A stretch of 63,977 nt of DNA, filler included, from Octopus bimaculoides (taxonomy: Eukaryota), in NCBI RefSeq assembly GCF_001194135.2. It is 5 parts of 5 records of this genome, joined end to end, with 100 filler letters (N's around TTAATTAATTAA, not from the genome) between each part and the next. Parts side by side here need not be neighbours in the genome. Positions count along the whole stretch, not along the records: positions 1 to 22,884 come from NC_068985.1; 4 more parts are not named here. One strand, given 5' to 3'. Positions 1 to 13,350 of this stretch are shown here, in pieces; within the stretch, counting starts at the first letter, position 1, and every line of letters starts with the position of its first letter. Under the pieces are notes generated by a model that worked only from the letters and a program-made list of their open reading frames with translations, had not been told where the DNA came from and made no database searches. The position numbers and the translations under genes were made by a program.

Positions 1-1005
1 GCTAGTGTTTCCAGAATCCACGTGTGGGGAACACTGTCGAAAGTCTTTTGGTAGTCCACCCAGGCCATACTGAGGCCTTTCTTCTTTCTGCGGCTGTCTT
101 CAGTTATGGCTGTATTGATCAATAATTGATCTTTACAGCCGTATGAGTACTTGCAGCATCCCTTCTGGTCTTCTGGAAACAGGTTGTTATTTTCCATGTG
201 CTTACTCAATCTCTGCGATATTATTGCAGTAAAGGCTTTGTAGATCGTAGGGAGACAGGTTATAGGTCTATAGTTTTGTGGTTTCTCCGTTTCCGTGGAT
301 TTGGGGATTAAGATGGTTTTCCCTTTCATGAGCCATTCAGGCATTGTCTCTGGATCTGCTAGTATGTTGTTAAAGTTTTNNNNNNNNNNNNNNNNNNNNN
401 NNNNNNNNNNNNNNNNNNNNNNNNNNNNNNNNNNNNNNNNNNNNNNNNNNNNNNNNNNNNNNNNNNNNNNNNNNNNNNNNNNNNNNNNNNNNNNNNNNNN
501 NNNNNNNNNNNNNNNNNNNNNNNNNNNNNNNNNNNNNNNNNNNNNNNNNNNNNNNNNNNNNNNNNNNNNNNNNNNNNNNNNNNNNNNNNNNNNNNNNNNN
601 NNNNNNNNNNNNNNNNNNNNNNNNNNNNNNNNNNNNNNNNNNNNNNNNNNNNNNNNNNNNNNNNNNNNNNNNNNNNNNNNNNNNNNNNNNNNNNNNNNNN
701 NNNNNNNNNNNNNNNNNNNNNNNNNNNNNNNNNNNNNNNNNNNNNNNNNNNNNNNNNNNNNNNNCTATTTATTATTGATGTTGTTTTATTGTCTATTTTG
801 ATTTTTGGGAGATATAATCTGTTGTCTATTCTAAGATCTGTGGTTTTCAGTTCTTTGGTTATTCTCATTTTCATAGTATCGTAATTATTAGGTTTCCCTT
901 CGTTATTTCCAGGCTTTATATTTGTTTTGCCTTCCTTTTCATTCATATGCTTGTCTGTAGTGTTTTGGATTGGTGCTTTTTGTACACTATTATACATCTC
1001 TACGG
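1..1005 (-). mobile_element. Dong/R4-like (RLE clade) non-LTR retrotransposon, N-terminal region plus RT fragment, split by an N gap and truncated by the window edge
   Basis: Minus-strand frame 377->1 reads NFNNILADPETMPEWLMKGKTILIPKSTETEKPQNYRPITCLPTIYKAFTAII...GCKDQLLIN...MAWVDYQKTFDSVPHTWILETL, i.e. non-LTR RT domains of the R4/Dong type. The upstream LRIDNRLYLPKIK segment lies before the gap, next to (ATT)n. Confidence 0.9.
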
Positions 1006-1232
1006 TCTTATTATTATTATTATCATTATTATTATTGTTATTATTATTATTATTGTTGCTGTTGTTGTTAGACAATACGAAGGGCGCGATGTTATGGCTA
1101 TTGATATTTTATTGGTTAGAAATATATCTCGACAGCTTGCCTGTCTTTGTCGAGTTCAAAATGAAAGGTGCAGCATAGAAATATATATTTTGCCCCAGTG
1201 TCAATTTGATGGTATGCACTGCTCTCTCACTC

Positions 1233-1290
<58 letters not shown>
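1006..1290. repeat. (ATT)n/(GTT)n and (AAT)n microsatellites
   Basis: Visible trinucleotide runs at about 1006-1070 and 1233-1290. Confidence 0.95.
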
Positions 1291-1293
<3 letters not shown>

Positions 1294-1456
1294 GTTTTCA
1301 AATTTTGCCAAAAGAGCGGTCATTTTGGGGGAGGAGATGTGTAGCTTACATCGACCACAGTGATCAGGTGGGAATTATTTTATCGAGCCCGAAATGATGA
1401 AAAGCAAAGTTGACCTCGGTGGAATTTGAACTTAGGACACAGCGACAGACGAAATA
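1291..1456 (-). mobile_element. tRNA-derived SINE family A, partial
   Basis: Reverse complement matches the GAGTTCAAATTCC..GTCGACTTTGCCTTTCATC..GTCGATAA..GTACCAG..GTCGATGTA core seen in full at 45866-46095. Confidence 0.85.
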
Positions 1457-1507
1457 TTGATGGCTTAATAATAATAATAATAATTATAACAATAATATAA
1501 TAATAAT

Positions 1508-1650
1508 GTTATTTTGTGGGAGGAAACGTTTGATTACATCGACCATCGTTCATAAACGGCACTTATTTTGTCGACCGCGCAACGATGAAATGCGTTGGAC
1601 CCTCAGAGTGATTTAATAATAGAACGTGCGTAATCCTGAGACTTACTGAC
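1508..1650 (-). mobile_element. SINE family A, degenerate
   Basis: TTACATCGACC..CACTTATTTTGTCGACC core in reverse orientation. Confidence 0.65.
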
Positions 1651-2510
1651 CGCGCTGAATGCTCATAGACTGTTATAAATGTGATGTTATTTATTACGAT
1701 GATAAAACCAAAGACAAATATTTCTGCTAAATTAGCGATATAAAGCGTATAAAGCATACGGAAAATAAGACGTTTCTGTATTTTTTTACTCTTAATTTGA
1801 ATGAAAGTATGCAAGAATATAGATTATTAGTGCCACAAATACGTGCAAACAAGTATAAAACTATACATTAGAACATCTATGAATATGATATCTGTTCGTC
1901 ACTTATGTGTATATTTTTCTTTTATTTTATTCTACGCGTTTTAATGAAAGCACGCATAGATGATGTTAAATTAAATAAAAGTAACAATATTAATTCATTG
2001 TAGGATCAAAAGGAAATAAAAAATGTTTCTAATAAAATATAATGAAGCCAAAATTTTATTGATCTTCAAATAAATCACAAAATTAAATTAAAACAAGAAC
2101 AGGAAACAAAACAACATAGTTATTAGGGAAATCACAAGAGATGGTTGCTATGAAAAATATATGTTTGGCTATTTAAAATAAGAGTGAAGGTTTCACCTTT
2201 CATGCAGTTTATTGATGACACGTCTATTCCCGGTGTGTGCAATGTAGTAGAACAAAGAAAATCTATAACCATACGAATATTGATTGAGTATTGAAATGAG
2301 CAAGGGAATCATGAAATGAAGCACAGTTTGAAATATTTTATGGTAACTAGAAGGTATGGTGAGTCTAATTTTACTATGTTGTATTTCAAGCGCACACGCT
2401 TTTACATATTACTTGATATACCGATCAATAGGTAAACGAATCAAAGTCAAAGAAAATCTGTGGAAAATAAGGGAAAACACTTGAATACATACAAAAGCAT
2501 ATACGCGTGC

Positions 2511-2544
<34 letters not shown>

Positions 2545-3499
2545 NNNNNNNNNNNNNNNNNNNNNNNNNNNNNNNNNNNNNNNNNNNNNNNNNNNNNNNN
2601 NNNNNNNNNNNNNNNNNNNNNNNNNNNNNNNNNNNNNNNNNNNNNNNNNATATGTATACATACATAATTCATGTGAGAGAATGAATGAGTGCCTAAGTGT
2701 TCGTAACTTATGCACACACATGTCAGATCTGTGATTATTCAGCTACCAGCTGAAACTAAATATTCACAGAAACGAAAGTATCCTTTTGCGTGTAACAGTG
2801 TTTCTTAATGCATGTCATAAATAAATTCGTGCATATTTACAACCACCCATGCTCAAACACTTATTATTTCGAAATTCAAATGTTCCAATATATGAAAACG
2901 TGCAGTAAAATGTTTTGTGTATTCGATCTACACATACCAACGATATTATTGATCAGTAAATCCTGAATGAAAGTTGTACATATGTTTAATGAGCAATCGC
3001 AGATTGAACATATACCGAAAGGTCGAGTAAGGATCTTTGGGCTACTCAGTCCGAGTTCCTGAGATATATTAAATGGGAACTATACATTATTAAGTTTCCA
3101 ACTAATTCATTAAATCGCTTCTACAAGACTGTTGCAACGCAAGGGGCTTTTATCGAAACGTTGAAGTCTGTTTAAGAACGAAAATATAATACATATAAAA
3201 TGTATCTGCTGATATGAAGAGGAAATACAAACTGTCACACCCATGTAAAATATTTTGTATAATAATCATGTATAAATTTAAAAACAAATACTGCAAACAT
3301 TGACTCAGTAATGGTTACACTACTAGAGTATAGTCAGATGTTGTTAATGAGTCGGTATTTGGTGATTAGAAATATTTGTAAAAGTTGATTAAAACCCATT
3401 GTGTGAAACATATACCCCGAAAGAAACATTAACTGAAAGACATTTTTAATGTGATACATATGTAGAAAAATGTACATATATCAGGACAAACAAACCGAA

Positions 3500-5880
3500 A
3501 TCGTATCTGTCAAATGAAAAGACGAAACATCAACTTTCTGACATGTACCGAATAAATTTCCCGAATGTACCAGTGTGGACAGGGTCACGGCGCATCTGGA
3601 CATCAAGGTTGTATTTAGACAGAGTAGTCTGAAGGCCTGTAGGTAAGGACAGCATAAGTTGTCCACTTTTTGAAATCGTCTACTAAACAGACGACCAATT
3701 TGTGATTCGCACGGTCGACATAGATACACTTCGTAGAAAAGGGGCTTGGAAAAAGCATAGCAACCGAGTCTCTGGCAGTGAGATTGGCTCATGACTGATT
3801 CTTCAACGTTAAGCACGAAGGATTCACTGTCAAAGTTAAGGCGCGTACTCTAAGAAACGAGGGAACGAAAGCCGTTCGATGGGCCCGAGTGACAGAGGCG
3901 CGCCGTGAAAGCGAAGTCATAATTCTGTATTTGAAAGATCGAGATGGGCACACGGCACATCAGTACTTCCTACATCCTGGAGTCCGGAACGCAGGATGAA
4001 CTTCAGTACCTACCTCGATGCCATGCCATAACTCTCGGAAAGGAGCGTAGCTAAATACCGGTAACAGCTGCTGAAGTACAGGATGCGATGATGAAATGCA
4101 CGGGGGAACAAGTCACCTGGTTTGGATGGTCTACTTTACGAGCTTTACTTTATATCCCTGACTTGTTTGGAGTACATCTAACAACTATATACGGCAACCG
4201 GCTGCTGTACGGAAACATTCCTTGTTCTAGGACCCAAGCAAGAGGAATCAAATAGAACATTTTAGGCCCATAAGTCTACTGAACGCAGATTTCAAAATCT
4301 TGGCAATAGTCTTAGCGGTTGGCGCCTGTGACGAAATGTATAAATATACACCATCCCAAGCCAATCCATCCACGACAGTCTCCATTGCAGGATGGGTGGA
4401 GAAATTTCTATGGGTGGGGCCCTGATTAATTTGGATCAATAGGGTCGACCACCAATACTTGGCGGCTGTTCTCGTAGCTGGATTTTCACAGCGATATTTG
4501 TAGATTACCTATAGGAGCCAGGTGAAATCATAACCTTGGTCCGTCAAGTGTGTTCCATCTCGTTTTTGTTTTCCCTATTTACTGACTCTAGAGCCACTAC
4601 TGCGGAAATTAGAGGCGTTAAGAAACATTCCGCGCAAACATGAACTTGGGAGAACCGTGTTGGTATACGCAGACGACGTCACTGCCAAAATGTCGAACAA
4701 AAGGCACATAGACCTGAACAGCACAGCTTTAAAAGAATACGTGGCTGTGAAAACAGCCAAGATAAGTCGGTGGGTCTGCAGCGCAGCACCTTGTGAGGTT
4801 CGGTTTGGTCTGGATCTACAGGTGAAAAAGAATTGGGACGAGATGATGAGTAGAGTGAGCTATCTCACTCAGAACAGAGCTGAGAGAAAGCTGTCCCTGA
4901 AAGATCGGACAGAGGTAGCGAATACTTTCATCGCACCAATCATATAATACCGCCAGACCGTCACCCCATGCTTCAGTTTAAGTTTGACCAAACTAGAGCG
5001 TACATTTTTTACACATTCTCGGAAAGTGACGCATTCTGCTGGTCAGGAACACCCTTTGCTATCAAAGCCCACTAAAGAAAGGGCTGGTCATGTCGTGACT
5101 GCAGATACGCAGACATGCGTGGAGACTACGACATCTCCAACGCTTCCTTGTAGGCAAGTAGACGTGGTCACACTTGGCTAGATAGGATTTTCCACAGTTC
5201 GTCTTTTTGACTTAACTGCAGTACTTGATCAAGCGTACACCGATGTAGGGCGACTGACACCTAGAGTATCTTCAGGCACTCATAGACCTACGTCAGATGG
5301 GCAATGTGGTCGGTGGAAATTCCATTCAGACGTTCCATAGAGCTTTAGTGTCACGTACGACTACGTTATCGGGAAGACTGGGCGTCGATGAGAATCAGCT
5401 GGCTGGACTGTTCCGGAGGACTTTTGGGCGTGAATAATTTTCAGAAATTATTCACCTGGCAGTAATGTCGGGGGCATTGCTGGTTCGGAATAAACTCCAC
5501 AGGCATGGAAATGCCGTCAGTCGAGGTTACCCGAGGTGTTTGCGGAGTGACAAATATGTTCTGCACACTCTCGTCCAGTGTCTGTGCATATTACACTTGT
5601 GGGTTTATGTCGAACACATGCTCTCAAGTGCAAGACTGAGGCGGCTATCAGTTGAGTTCAATTGGTTGGGAAGGACAGGCTGCGTCTCTTTGCCAGGTGA
5701 TCTTAGCGAATGCGGTTGTGAGATGGACAAGATTGAAAGTCTGAACACAGATACTTTCCTCTTTGGCCAAGCCCTATGTTTCCTTTGAAAAGGAAAGTGA
5801 AGGCAGACAGGGAATTGCTACCTCCCAACAATTTTGTTCTCAAGTGGTTGAATATTGCAAGAAGATTCCAACAACTGGCC
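3500..5880 (+). mobile_element. L1/Tx1-like LINE ORF2 relic, copy A (end of endonuclease, RT, C-terminal region); many stops and frameshifts
   Basis: LLNADFKILA, RVDHQYLAAVL, LVYADDVT, FGLDLQVKKNWDEM, LSLKDRTEVANTFIAPII and DTFLFGQALCFL motifs; homologous to 8660-12600 and 16350-18140. Confidence 0.9.
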
Positions 5881-8660
5881 CCCAAAATCTAAGCTAGCCT
5901 CCAGGGTGATGTTCCAGTCACCCATTAGAACTAAAGATAGAAACATTACTAGGAAAAAATTCTAGACATCATAAGAAATCAGGCTGTCTATCCCCTGTCG
6001 GGGTGTAAACAGCTCCCACCACTACTGTTCACATGCAGGACTGCCAACTTACCTTCTGGGTCTAGGAAAGTCTTAAGATCTTAAGATCAAGACTTCAAGA
6101 TCAAGACCTTATCTTAAGATCAAGACCTCTTCGGAATAACAACGAAGCTCCATTCCCTATGCCCAGCTAGCATGGAGACAAGTAAATCTCGTATCCACCG
6201 AAATGGAGTACGAAAGCTCGTCGGTCGGAGAGTTTGGTTTCACTGGCAGTCACGACATCTAAATTTTGTAACCTGAGGTTATTGAGTAAGTGGCCCTCTT
6301 TCTAAGTCAACACCAAGCCGCGTGCATTTATACTGTCTACTCGGAGCAAGGCAATATTAGACGGAGAATAGAGAAGTGTGTTACTTACTGTGGTTTAATT
6401 AGGGATAGATGCTCCGCCCCTCTTGTTCTTTGTAAGCATTTCCACAACCAGTTCTTTGTAATGTCTTCTGTAAATGTTTACGTATTTGATTTGGAACAAT
6501 TCTGAAGTGAAAGCGTGTGTTTTAAGAGTTATTGTTATATTTCGGGTGGTCTTTTTCATTTTTGCCAAATAACCACACATACTATATACTCGTATTTTCA
6601 CTTCAACTTTAATATTATTCATAATTTAGAGTCCTTTGTCTGAAATCTTTCATCACAATTCTTATGAGCACTTCTGCCACTCTCAATTTCACACGTCTCC
6701 TCCTGTCCTGTTTAGTTCATTATGTCTTTCTGTGGTCATTAAAGATAGAATGGATTAAACAGGACAGGAGGAGAAAGACAGAATAGACTGAAGAGGACAG
6801 CGGGGAGACGTGGGATGAATAGTCATTGATGATGTCACAAGCTGAGTGACGAAAGATTTCAAGCAAAGGACACTAAAATAAGAATAATAATAAAGCTGAA
6901 GTGGAGAACGAATGTATAGTGCGTGTGGTTATTTGGCAAAATAAAAAAAAAATGACCATCCCGAAATATAACAATATATTTTGGAAACGTGTTTCGTAAA
7001 ATTTCTTACTCCATCAGGGTATTTTGTTTTGTATAGTGCTATATGTGTTTTGTGTCCTTTGTACGATTTATAGATGTGTAGGTATTTTGGTTGTCTGTGT
7101 AAGAAAAATACTCTGAGTGATGTCTGTATCGTTGTGCATGTGTTCCATTAGAGCATTGTTGGTCGTGTTTATGGAAGTGTTTATAGAAGCTGATGCTGAA
7201 ATGTTATTCGCGTTCGGGTTTGTAAACAGAATGTTGTGTGTGAATTAGGCTCGGCTTGTAATGGTGGTGGTGGGGTCTGTGATACTGGCGGTGGTTTTGG
7301 TAGTGATGGGGATGATACAATGTTAGTGTAGCTGTGGATGGGGACAGTGCTTCAGCATTGTTTCGAGAATGTATCTCCCCCGTTTGTTCATATCAGCCAG
7401 GTTTTCGTGTGTGTTATTTTTGCTCTTCTTTTCTTGGTTTTCGTGACCGTTTACTATTTAGGCTCCTGCCCATCCCCTTCATTAAAGGACATGTTTGCGT
7501 GATCCGAAGATAGGAGAAATATAACGGTAGGAGGTATGCAGTATTTTGTTGAAGAAGCTGTTGTTGTTGGTGGTGGTGGTGCTGCTGCTGTGGATGTCTC
7601 TGTAATTGTTATTTCTGTTGTTTTTGCAGTTGTTCGATTCGGTCCAGTTTTTCGTGATGTTGTGGCCACCTGCCTCTGTTCATACTATTCCTGCTGTTTT
7701 TGCTGTTGTTTTTGTGGTGGTGGTGGTGGTGGTGGTGGTGGTGGTGGAGTTCATGGTGTCTGCAGATGTGTTGGCTTTCAGGTGATTTGTGTAACCGCAC
7801 AGGTGACATCTCAGTCTACTTCACTGAACAGCAACCTGAAGCTTTGTGCTATCTCAGGGTTATCATGTTCGGGATGACTTCGACACTTACGTATGTTATC
7901 CTAACCAGTTCTGTCTGTGTATTTATTCTCTGTGTCTGCAGAATACTGGTTTTGTCTTTTATATCAAAGAGAACCGTTGCCACCAGTCAACAGGTTTTGA
8001 TTTCTGAACGTGTATTTAATATTTCTATCTTAAACACACTTCGGTCAAGGTAAATGGGGGTGAAAATAAGTTCATCACTCGATAGGGTTTTGTAGTTGAT
8101 TGCTTTTTGGCCTTTTCTTCTCAGGTGAACCTCACTTAGACAGTCCCATGTTTTCCCCGTAGTTATATAAGCTTTCGTCTCCCAAATTGGTTGCAGACAT
8201 TTTCCTATCTACAGGTGAGCCGACTGCTCTATTCTTCGAGTTCTTGTTTCAATTGTTTTGTATCGTAATGTCCACGAATATGCTGCTGAACATTTCCAGA
8301 GATATTCAATCTCATATTTCGCCTACATTTCTCTAACATGCATTTTGAAATTTTGAATTCATTTTCCTGTATAAAAATTTCTTTTCTCTTCTGCGTCGCG
8401 ACAGCGAAACAGTTAATTGCAGATAAGCAAGGCTCATTTCCCTTGTACTTGCTTTTTTCATTATTGATATTGGTGGTGGTGTTAGTGTCGATGGATTTGT
8501 AGTTGCCACTGGCGGTGGTGGTAGAGCTGAAAGTCTCCTCGGCAACAACGATGTTGCCTTCTCTTGTCATTGATCTCTTTCGTGGTTCAAGTGTTAAGAG
8601 TACTGAAAATTCTAGCAACGGAACGTTGCCTTCATATATTTTCGATGCTATATTGTTGTT
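5880..8660 (-). mobile_element. L1/Tx1-like LINE copy B3: gag-like ORF1 relic (about 8660->6395) followed by the start of ORF2 endonuclease (about 6340->5880)
   Basis: ORF1 carries a decayed zinc knuckle CHLCGYTNHLKANT (about 7810->7770) and a segment similar to the ORF1 at 15560-16350. The ORF2 start reads LRVDSINARGL..LDVVTASETKL..FLDPEGKL..LVLMGDWNITL (APE endonuclease). Confidence 0.75.
6510..6995. mobile_element. Fold-back/MITE-like palindromic insertion in ORF1 of copy B3
   Basis: 6531-6656 is the imperfect reverse complement of 6846-6975. An inner inverted pair CTCCTCCTGTCCTGTTTA / TAAACAGGACAGGAGGAG is also present. Confidence 0.8.
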
Positions 8661-11340
8661 GGCCAAACAGGAAAGTGTCTGGCATTAGACCTTTCAAACG
8701 AATCCACCATACTATCTCTGTCACTACAGACACACGACAAATAAAAATTACCTGCCCCTACCGGCCAAAGGAGGGTGGCGGGGTAACCTTCACTATGGAT
8801 TCAGCTGATAGCAGGATCCGCCCTACACCTGACAGCATGTGTTCGACATAACCCACAGGTAAACAATGCTAGGGCAGTGGACGAGGTAGTGCAGAACGGT
8901 TTTGTCGCTCTGCGCGCACCTTGGGCAGACCCAGCTGACGGCACTTCCTGTAAAATTTATGTGGGGTGTGCAGCACCCCTCAGTACCACTGCTAGCCGAA
9001 GGAATTTTGGAAACTAACCATAGGCTCAGGCCCGAAAGTTATCCGAAACAGACCGTCGATGCCCTGAGTTTTCCCAAGAACGTCTTCGCACTTACCCTCC
9101 ACTAACCCTAGAGTGGGATTAACCCCGACTGCACTGCCCGCCCGGTAGAGGGCTGTGAGCGCTTGACGGCACTGGAGGTTCCAAGCGCCCCTCCTCTATA
9201 TACGCCTAATCTAGGATTGTAGCTTAATAAAAAAGAGGAGCTGCAGAAGGGCGTTTCTAGCAGATGGCATGCCCAGGTTCCCATTCAGCAGCTGTTCACA
9301 GCAGATAGACCACCCGACGAAGTGGAACACGCCCCTTCCACAGAAAGCGGAAAATTAAGCGCAGAAGCTTGGTCAAGCCGCAAACGGATCAGGGGACGAC
9401 GGTCAACCGGTAATAGATGACGGATGTGATGTACACATTCTACACCTCAACTCGACCTTTCAGGGACGGCTTCCTCTCGGCTCATTTCTAGGTGAGACTG
9501 GCTAACCTGTTTGTCACCTCGTCCCAGTTTTTCGCCACCTAGTGGTCTGTACCGATCCAGACCCCAAGCATGTTAGCCAGCATGGGCTTGCATCTCCACC
9601 GATTCATATTCTTGTAGTGTGTTGTCAATAAGGTCTATATGCTTGTAGCTCGACACTGTCATGGTGGCATCGTCGGCTTAAACAGACTCGCCTCTCCCAC
9701 ATTCAAGATCACGCGGGACGCCCCTCGTAGCCTCTGGTCTCTGCAGCAGTAATTCAAAAGTCAGCACATGCAGAAGGTAAGAGAGAGGAAACCCTTTAAG
9801 TACCGAGCGCAAGATACTAAATCTTTCTGAGAGGTGACCACTCACTCCAACAACCGAGCAGATGCTACTGTAGAAATCAGCGATCGAACCGCAGAAAAGC
9901 GGACCGAAACCGGCTGCAGTGACAACAGCTGCCAAGTATCGATGGTCTACCCTATCAAGAGATTTAAACTGATCAAAGACCCATCCATTCCAGCTTCATA
10001 ACCCATCTATTCTATGATGTAGCGCATGAGGTGGGGGTTGTCGTGGATAGTCCTGGTTGGGATGGCGCATGTTTACGCCTTGCCAATCGGCTTGTCCATG
10101 ACAAGCGCCAATTTCTAGGCCAAAATCTTCAACTCTTCATTGAGAAGGGTGAAATTCTCTAAAATGTCCCCTTTGTTTGGATACTTTCTCAGCAGTACTA
10201 TCGCCCCTTGACAGACATAAGTGGAAATGCTCCCATTTTGTTGCCAGTTAGGGTAGACGTCTGCAAAATATAAGGCCCGTAGGCAGACCATTCAAAGCCA
10301 GCGATCTACTTCTCGTGCAGCTCTTCATCGCTTCCTGTATCTCCGCGGCTGTTATCGACCTTTCGCAGCACTCCTCCTCGCTCGCTGAAAGTCCCGTCAG
10401 GCCGTCCAGGTAGATACTGAGTCTTTCCTGTTATCCGTCCTACCATTCGTCCCGATCAATCGAGAAAAGTGTTCATGAAAGGCCGCATAGATCTGCCACG
10501 GTTCGAACATCTGGCGCTTGTTCTGGTCCTGCAAAGACCGAATAGTGCCTTTGTGGCCACGTTTTGCCTCTACCACTCCGGACCACCGAGCGGCTTTCAT
10601 TCCCACCCCGCTTAGTGAACGTGCCCTAGCTCTGGCAACACAGCTTTCATGTTTAGTGTCGAAAAATTAATCGAGGACCAACCTCGTCAACAGCACGTCG
10701 GTTGCGATACCTTTCATAAGTGCCTCATCTAATTTTCTGACTAAATTTCCCTCTATTCTATCTTTTCCTACCACCAAAACCTTAACTAAACCTAATGGAT
10801 TCTACTTTGATTGCCCTCTTAAGAGCAAACCACTAGTTGTTGTTGACGATTGCGCCTGTCAACGCCCAATTAACTAAAACGATAATCCGGTCCGTGTAAG
10901 CTTCACACACCGGTAAAGACGTGTTCAGTTTCCAGTAACCGGGACCTTGTCTACGATGCCTATCTAAGTCGACCGTACAGAGCACGAATTTGTTGTCCGA
11001 CTATGTGAAGTTGTGGACAACCTATACTATCCTTATCCGCTGGCATACAGAATACTCTGAGTACAATCTAGATGACCCGATGCGATTTGTCCAAGTCCAC
11101 ATTGGCACATTAGGGTAATCTAGTCGCCACCTGTCAGACAGTCGAAAACATCTGAGCAGGTTTGTGAGGTTTTGCACCCTTCTCTCCTATCAGATAGCCG
11201 CACGCAATCAATATGGCCACGTAAGACAGCGTTCCAATTTCCTGCTAACACTAAAGTTCGAGACGTTTGCAGGAAACCTACAGAATCTTGAAGTAATCCG
11301 GCTGCCCAGTACCTATCGAAGCATAGGCAGCCACTCCACC
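8660..11340 (-). mobile_element. L1/Tx1-like LINE ORF2 relic, copy B2 (5'-truncated within the endonuclease; RT; C-terminal Cys/His region)
   Basis: GQPDYFKIL, GNWNAVL, QGPGYWKLNT, RVDHRYLAAVV, SV*ADDAT (YADD mutated to a stop), LGVWIG, EIVWWIRLKG..DTFLFGQ. Confidence 0.9.
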
Positions 11341-11344
11341 TCGC

Positions 11345-13100
11345 TCGTGAAAGTCGCGGCAAGCCCTCAAGTAGACACCGAAGACTGACCTGTTACCCGT
11401 TCCACCACTCTTCCCAAATAGTCGAACAAAGTTTTTCTGAGAGGCCGCACACACCTGCTTCGATTCAAGCATCTTGTTCCCGTTTTAGTCCACCCCAGAC
11501 CGAATGATGGCTGATACCACGTTTTACCTCTGCAACTGGAGCCCATCGTTCCCTCCCCGCTTAGAGTCTGTGCCTTAGCTCCGACAATGCAACCTTTGTT
11601 TTTGGCATCGAAAAATTAGTGGATGGCCAATCTCGCTTTTCATAAGTGTCTCATCTAACATTCTAATTAGGTCTCATTCTAGTCAATTTTTTTCTGTCGC
11701 TAAATCCTTACTAAACTTGACGGATTCTACTCTAATTGCTCTTTTAAGAGTAAACTACCAGTTGTTGTTGACGATTGCTCCCGTCAAAGCCCGCTCAACT
11801 AATCCACTAATCCGCTCTCTGTAATCTTGGAACGCCAGTAACGTTCAGCTCCTAGTAACAGGGACATTGTCTACGAAGCCTATCTAAGTCAACCGTACAG
11901 ATCACGAATTTGTGGTCTGTGTATAGGACTGTGTGAAATTGTGGATAACGTCTACTATCCTTATCCGCTTGCCTACGGAATACTCTATCACAATACTATA
12001 TAAATGTCCCGATGCGATTTGTTCAAATCCACGTTGCCACATTCAGGTTCTCTATGCGGCATCTGTGAGACAGTTCAAAGCGTCTGAGGGTGTGTGTGAG
12101 GCTTTTGCACTCTCCTCTCCTACCGGATACTCCCATGCAGTTGAATCATCCACATAAGACAGCGTTCCAATATCTACTAGCACTAAATTAAGAGACATTC
12201 GCAGGAAAACGTCTAAGCGCTTGAAGTAATCCAACCGCCCTGCACCTGTCGGAGTATGGGCAGCCACCAGACTGAAGGCATCGCTGTCACTGCTTCTCCC
12301 ATCCAGGAACCACCAAGTTACCTTCTAGATCTAGAAAAAAATGCCTTTAGTTTCAAATCCAGATCTTTACAGAAAAGACACTGCAGTTCCACTACCACTA
12401 CCTCCCGGCCAACACTGAGATAGGCAGATCTCGTATCTATCGAAAAGTATTATGAGATCCCACGGGGCGGAAAGTCTAGTTTCGCTAATGGCTACTACGT
12501 CTACATTGAAGGATATCAGGTCATTTACAAGGTGACCTTGTTTCCAAGGGGACACGAAGCCCCGGGCATTCAAACATCCAAATTTGAGCATGAACATGTT
12601 AATGCTGTTTGTTGGTGGGGTGTTCTCTTCGTTGTTGGATGTGCGTGTTCCCACGAGTAGGATCTTATAAAGTCTTTTACAGAATGTTTTTTTGGAAACC
12701 GGCAACAGCTTGCCTATGTCTTGATTTTAATATGCGATAGATGTTTTGTTTTAATTCTGAGATTCGTATGTGTGCTGGTAGTGTGTCATGCTTAAATATG
12801 TAACTAGTTCAACGTTATCTGTATCTATGGCTGTGAAGTCGGTGGCGTTGTGGTGTCTGTAGGTGTTTGTGTTGTTGTATGTGTTTGTGGTAATGGTGCT
12901 GGTAACATTTGTGTTGATGGTGGTGCTGATGCTAGTGGTTGTGTGTGGGGGGTATGGGTGTGTGGTGGTATGGGTGTGGGTGTGTGGGGTATGGGTCTGT
13001 GTGTGGGTATGGGTGTGGGTGTGGGTGTGGGGTGTGTGGGTGTATGTGCGAGGTATGGGTGTGTGTGTGTGTATTGCTGCTGTTGGGTGGTTCGGCTTGT
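11345..13100 (-). mobile_element. L1/Tx1-like LINE copy B1: low-complexity ORF1 tail plus ORF2 N-terminal APE endonuclease, truncated before the RT
   Basis: MLKFGCLNARGF..NVDVVAISETRL (ATG at 12591), DYFKRLDVFLRMSLNLVLV; the segment is paralogous to 10620-11340. Confidence 0.88.
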
Positions 13101-13152
13101 ATGCGCTTCCACTTCTTTTCTTGTGATTCTGCAATCTGTACTATCCTTTCCA

Positions 13153-13179
13153 ATACTACTACTACTACTGCTGCTGCTG

Positions 13180-13211
<32 letters not shown>

Positions 13212-13212
13212 G

Positions 13213-13250
<38 letters not shown>

Positions 13251-13252
13251 GT

Positions 13253-13320
<68 letters not shown>

Positions 13321-13350
13321 GTAGTAATAATAATAATAATAATAATACAG
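13153..13350. repeat. (ACT)n then (AAT)n microsatellite
   Basis: Directly visible. Confidence 0.97.

Noticed and set aside
1076-1232. HDV-like ribozyme at the 5' side of the Dong/R4-like element
   Set aside because: I could not build the nested double-pseudoknot pairing by eye; an RNArobo or Infernal search would be needed.
3481-3816. 111-aa minus-strand ORF
   Set aside because: It is the antisense of the plus-strand Tx1-like endonuclease relic.
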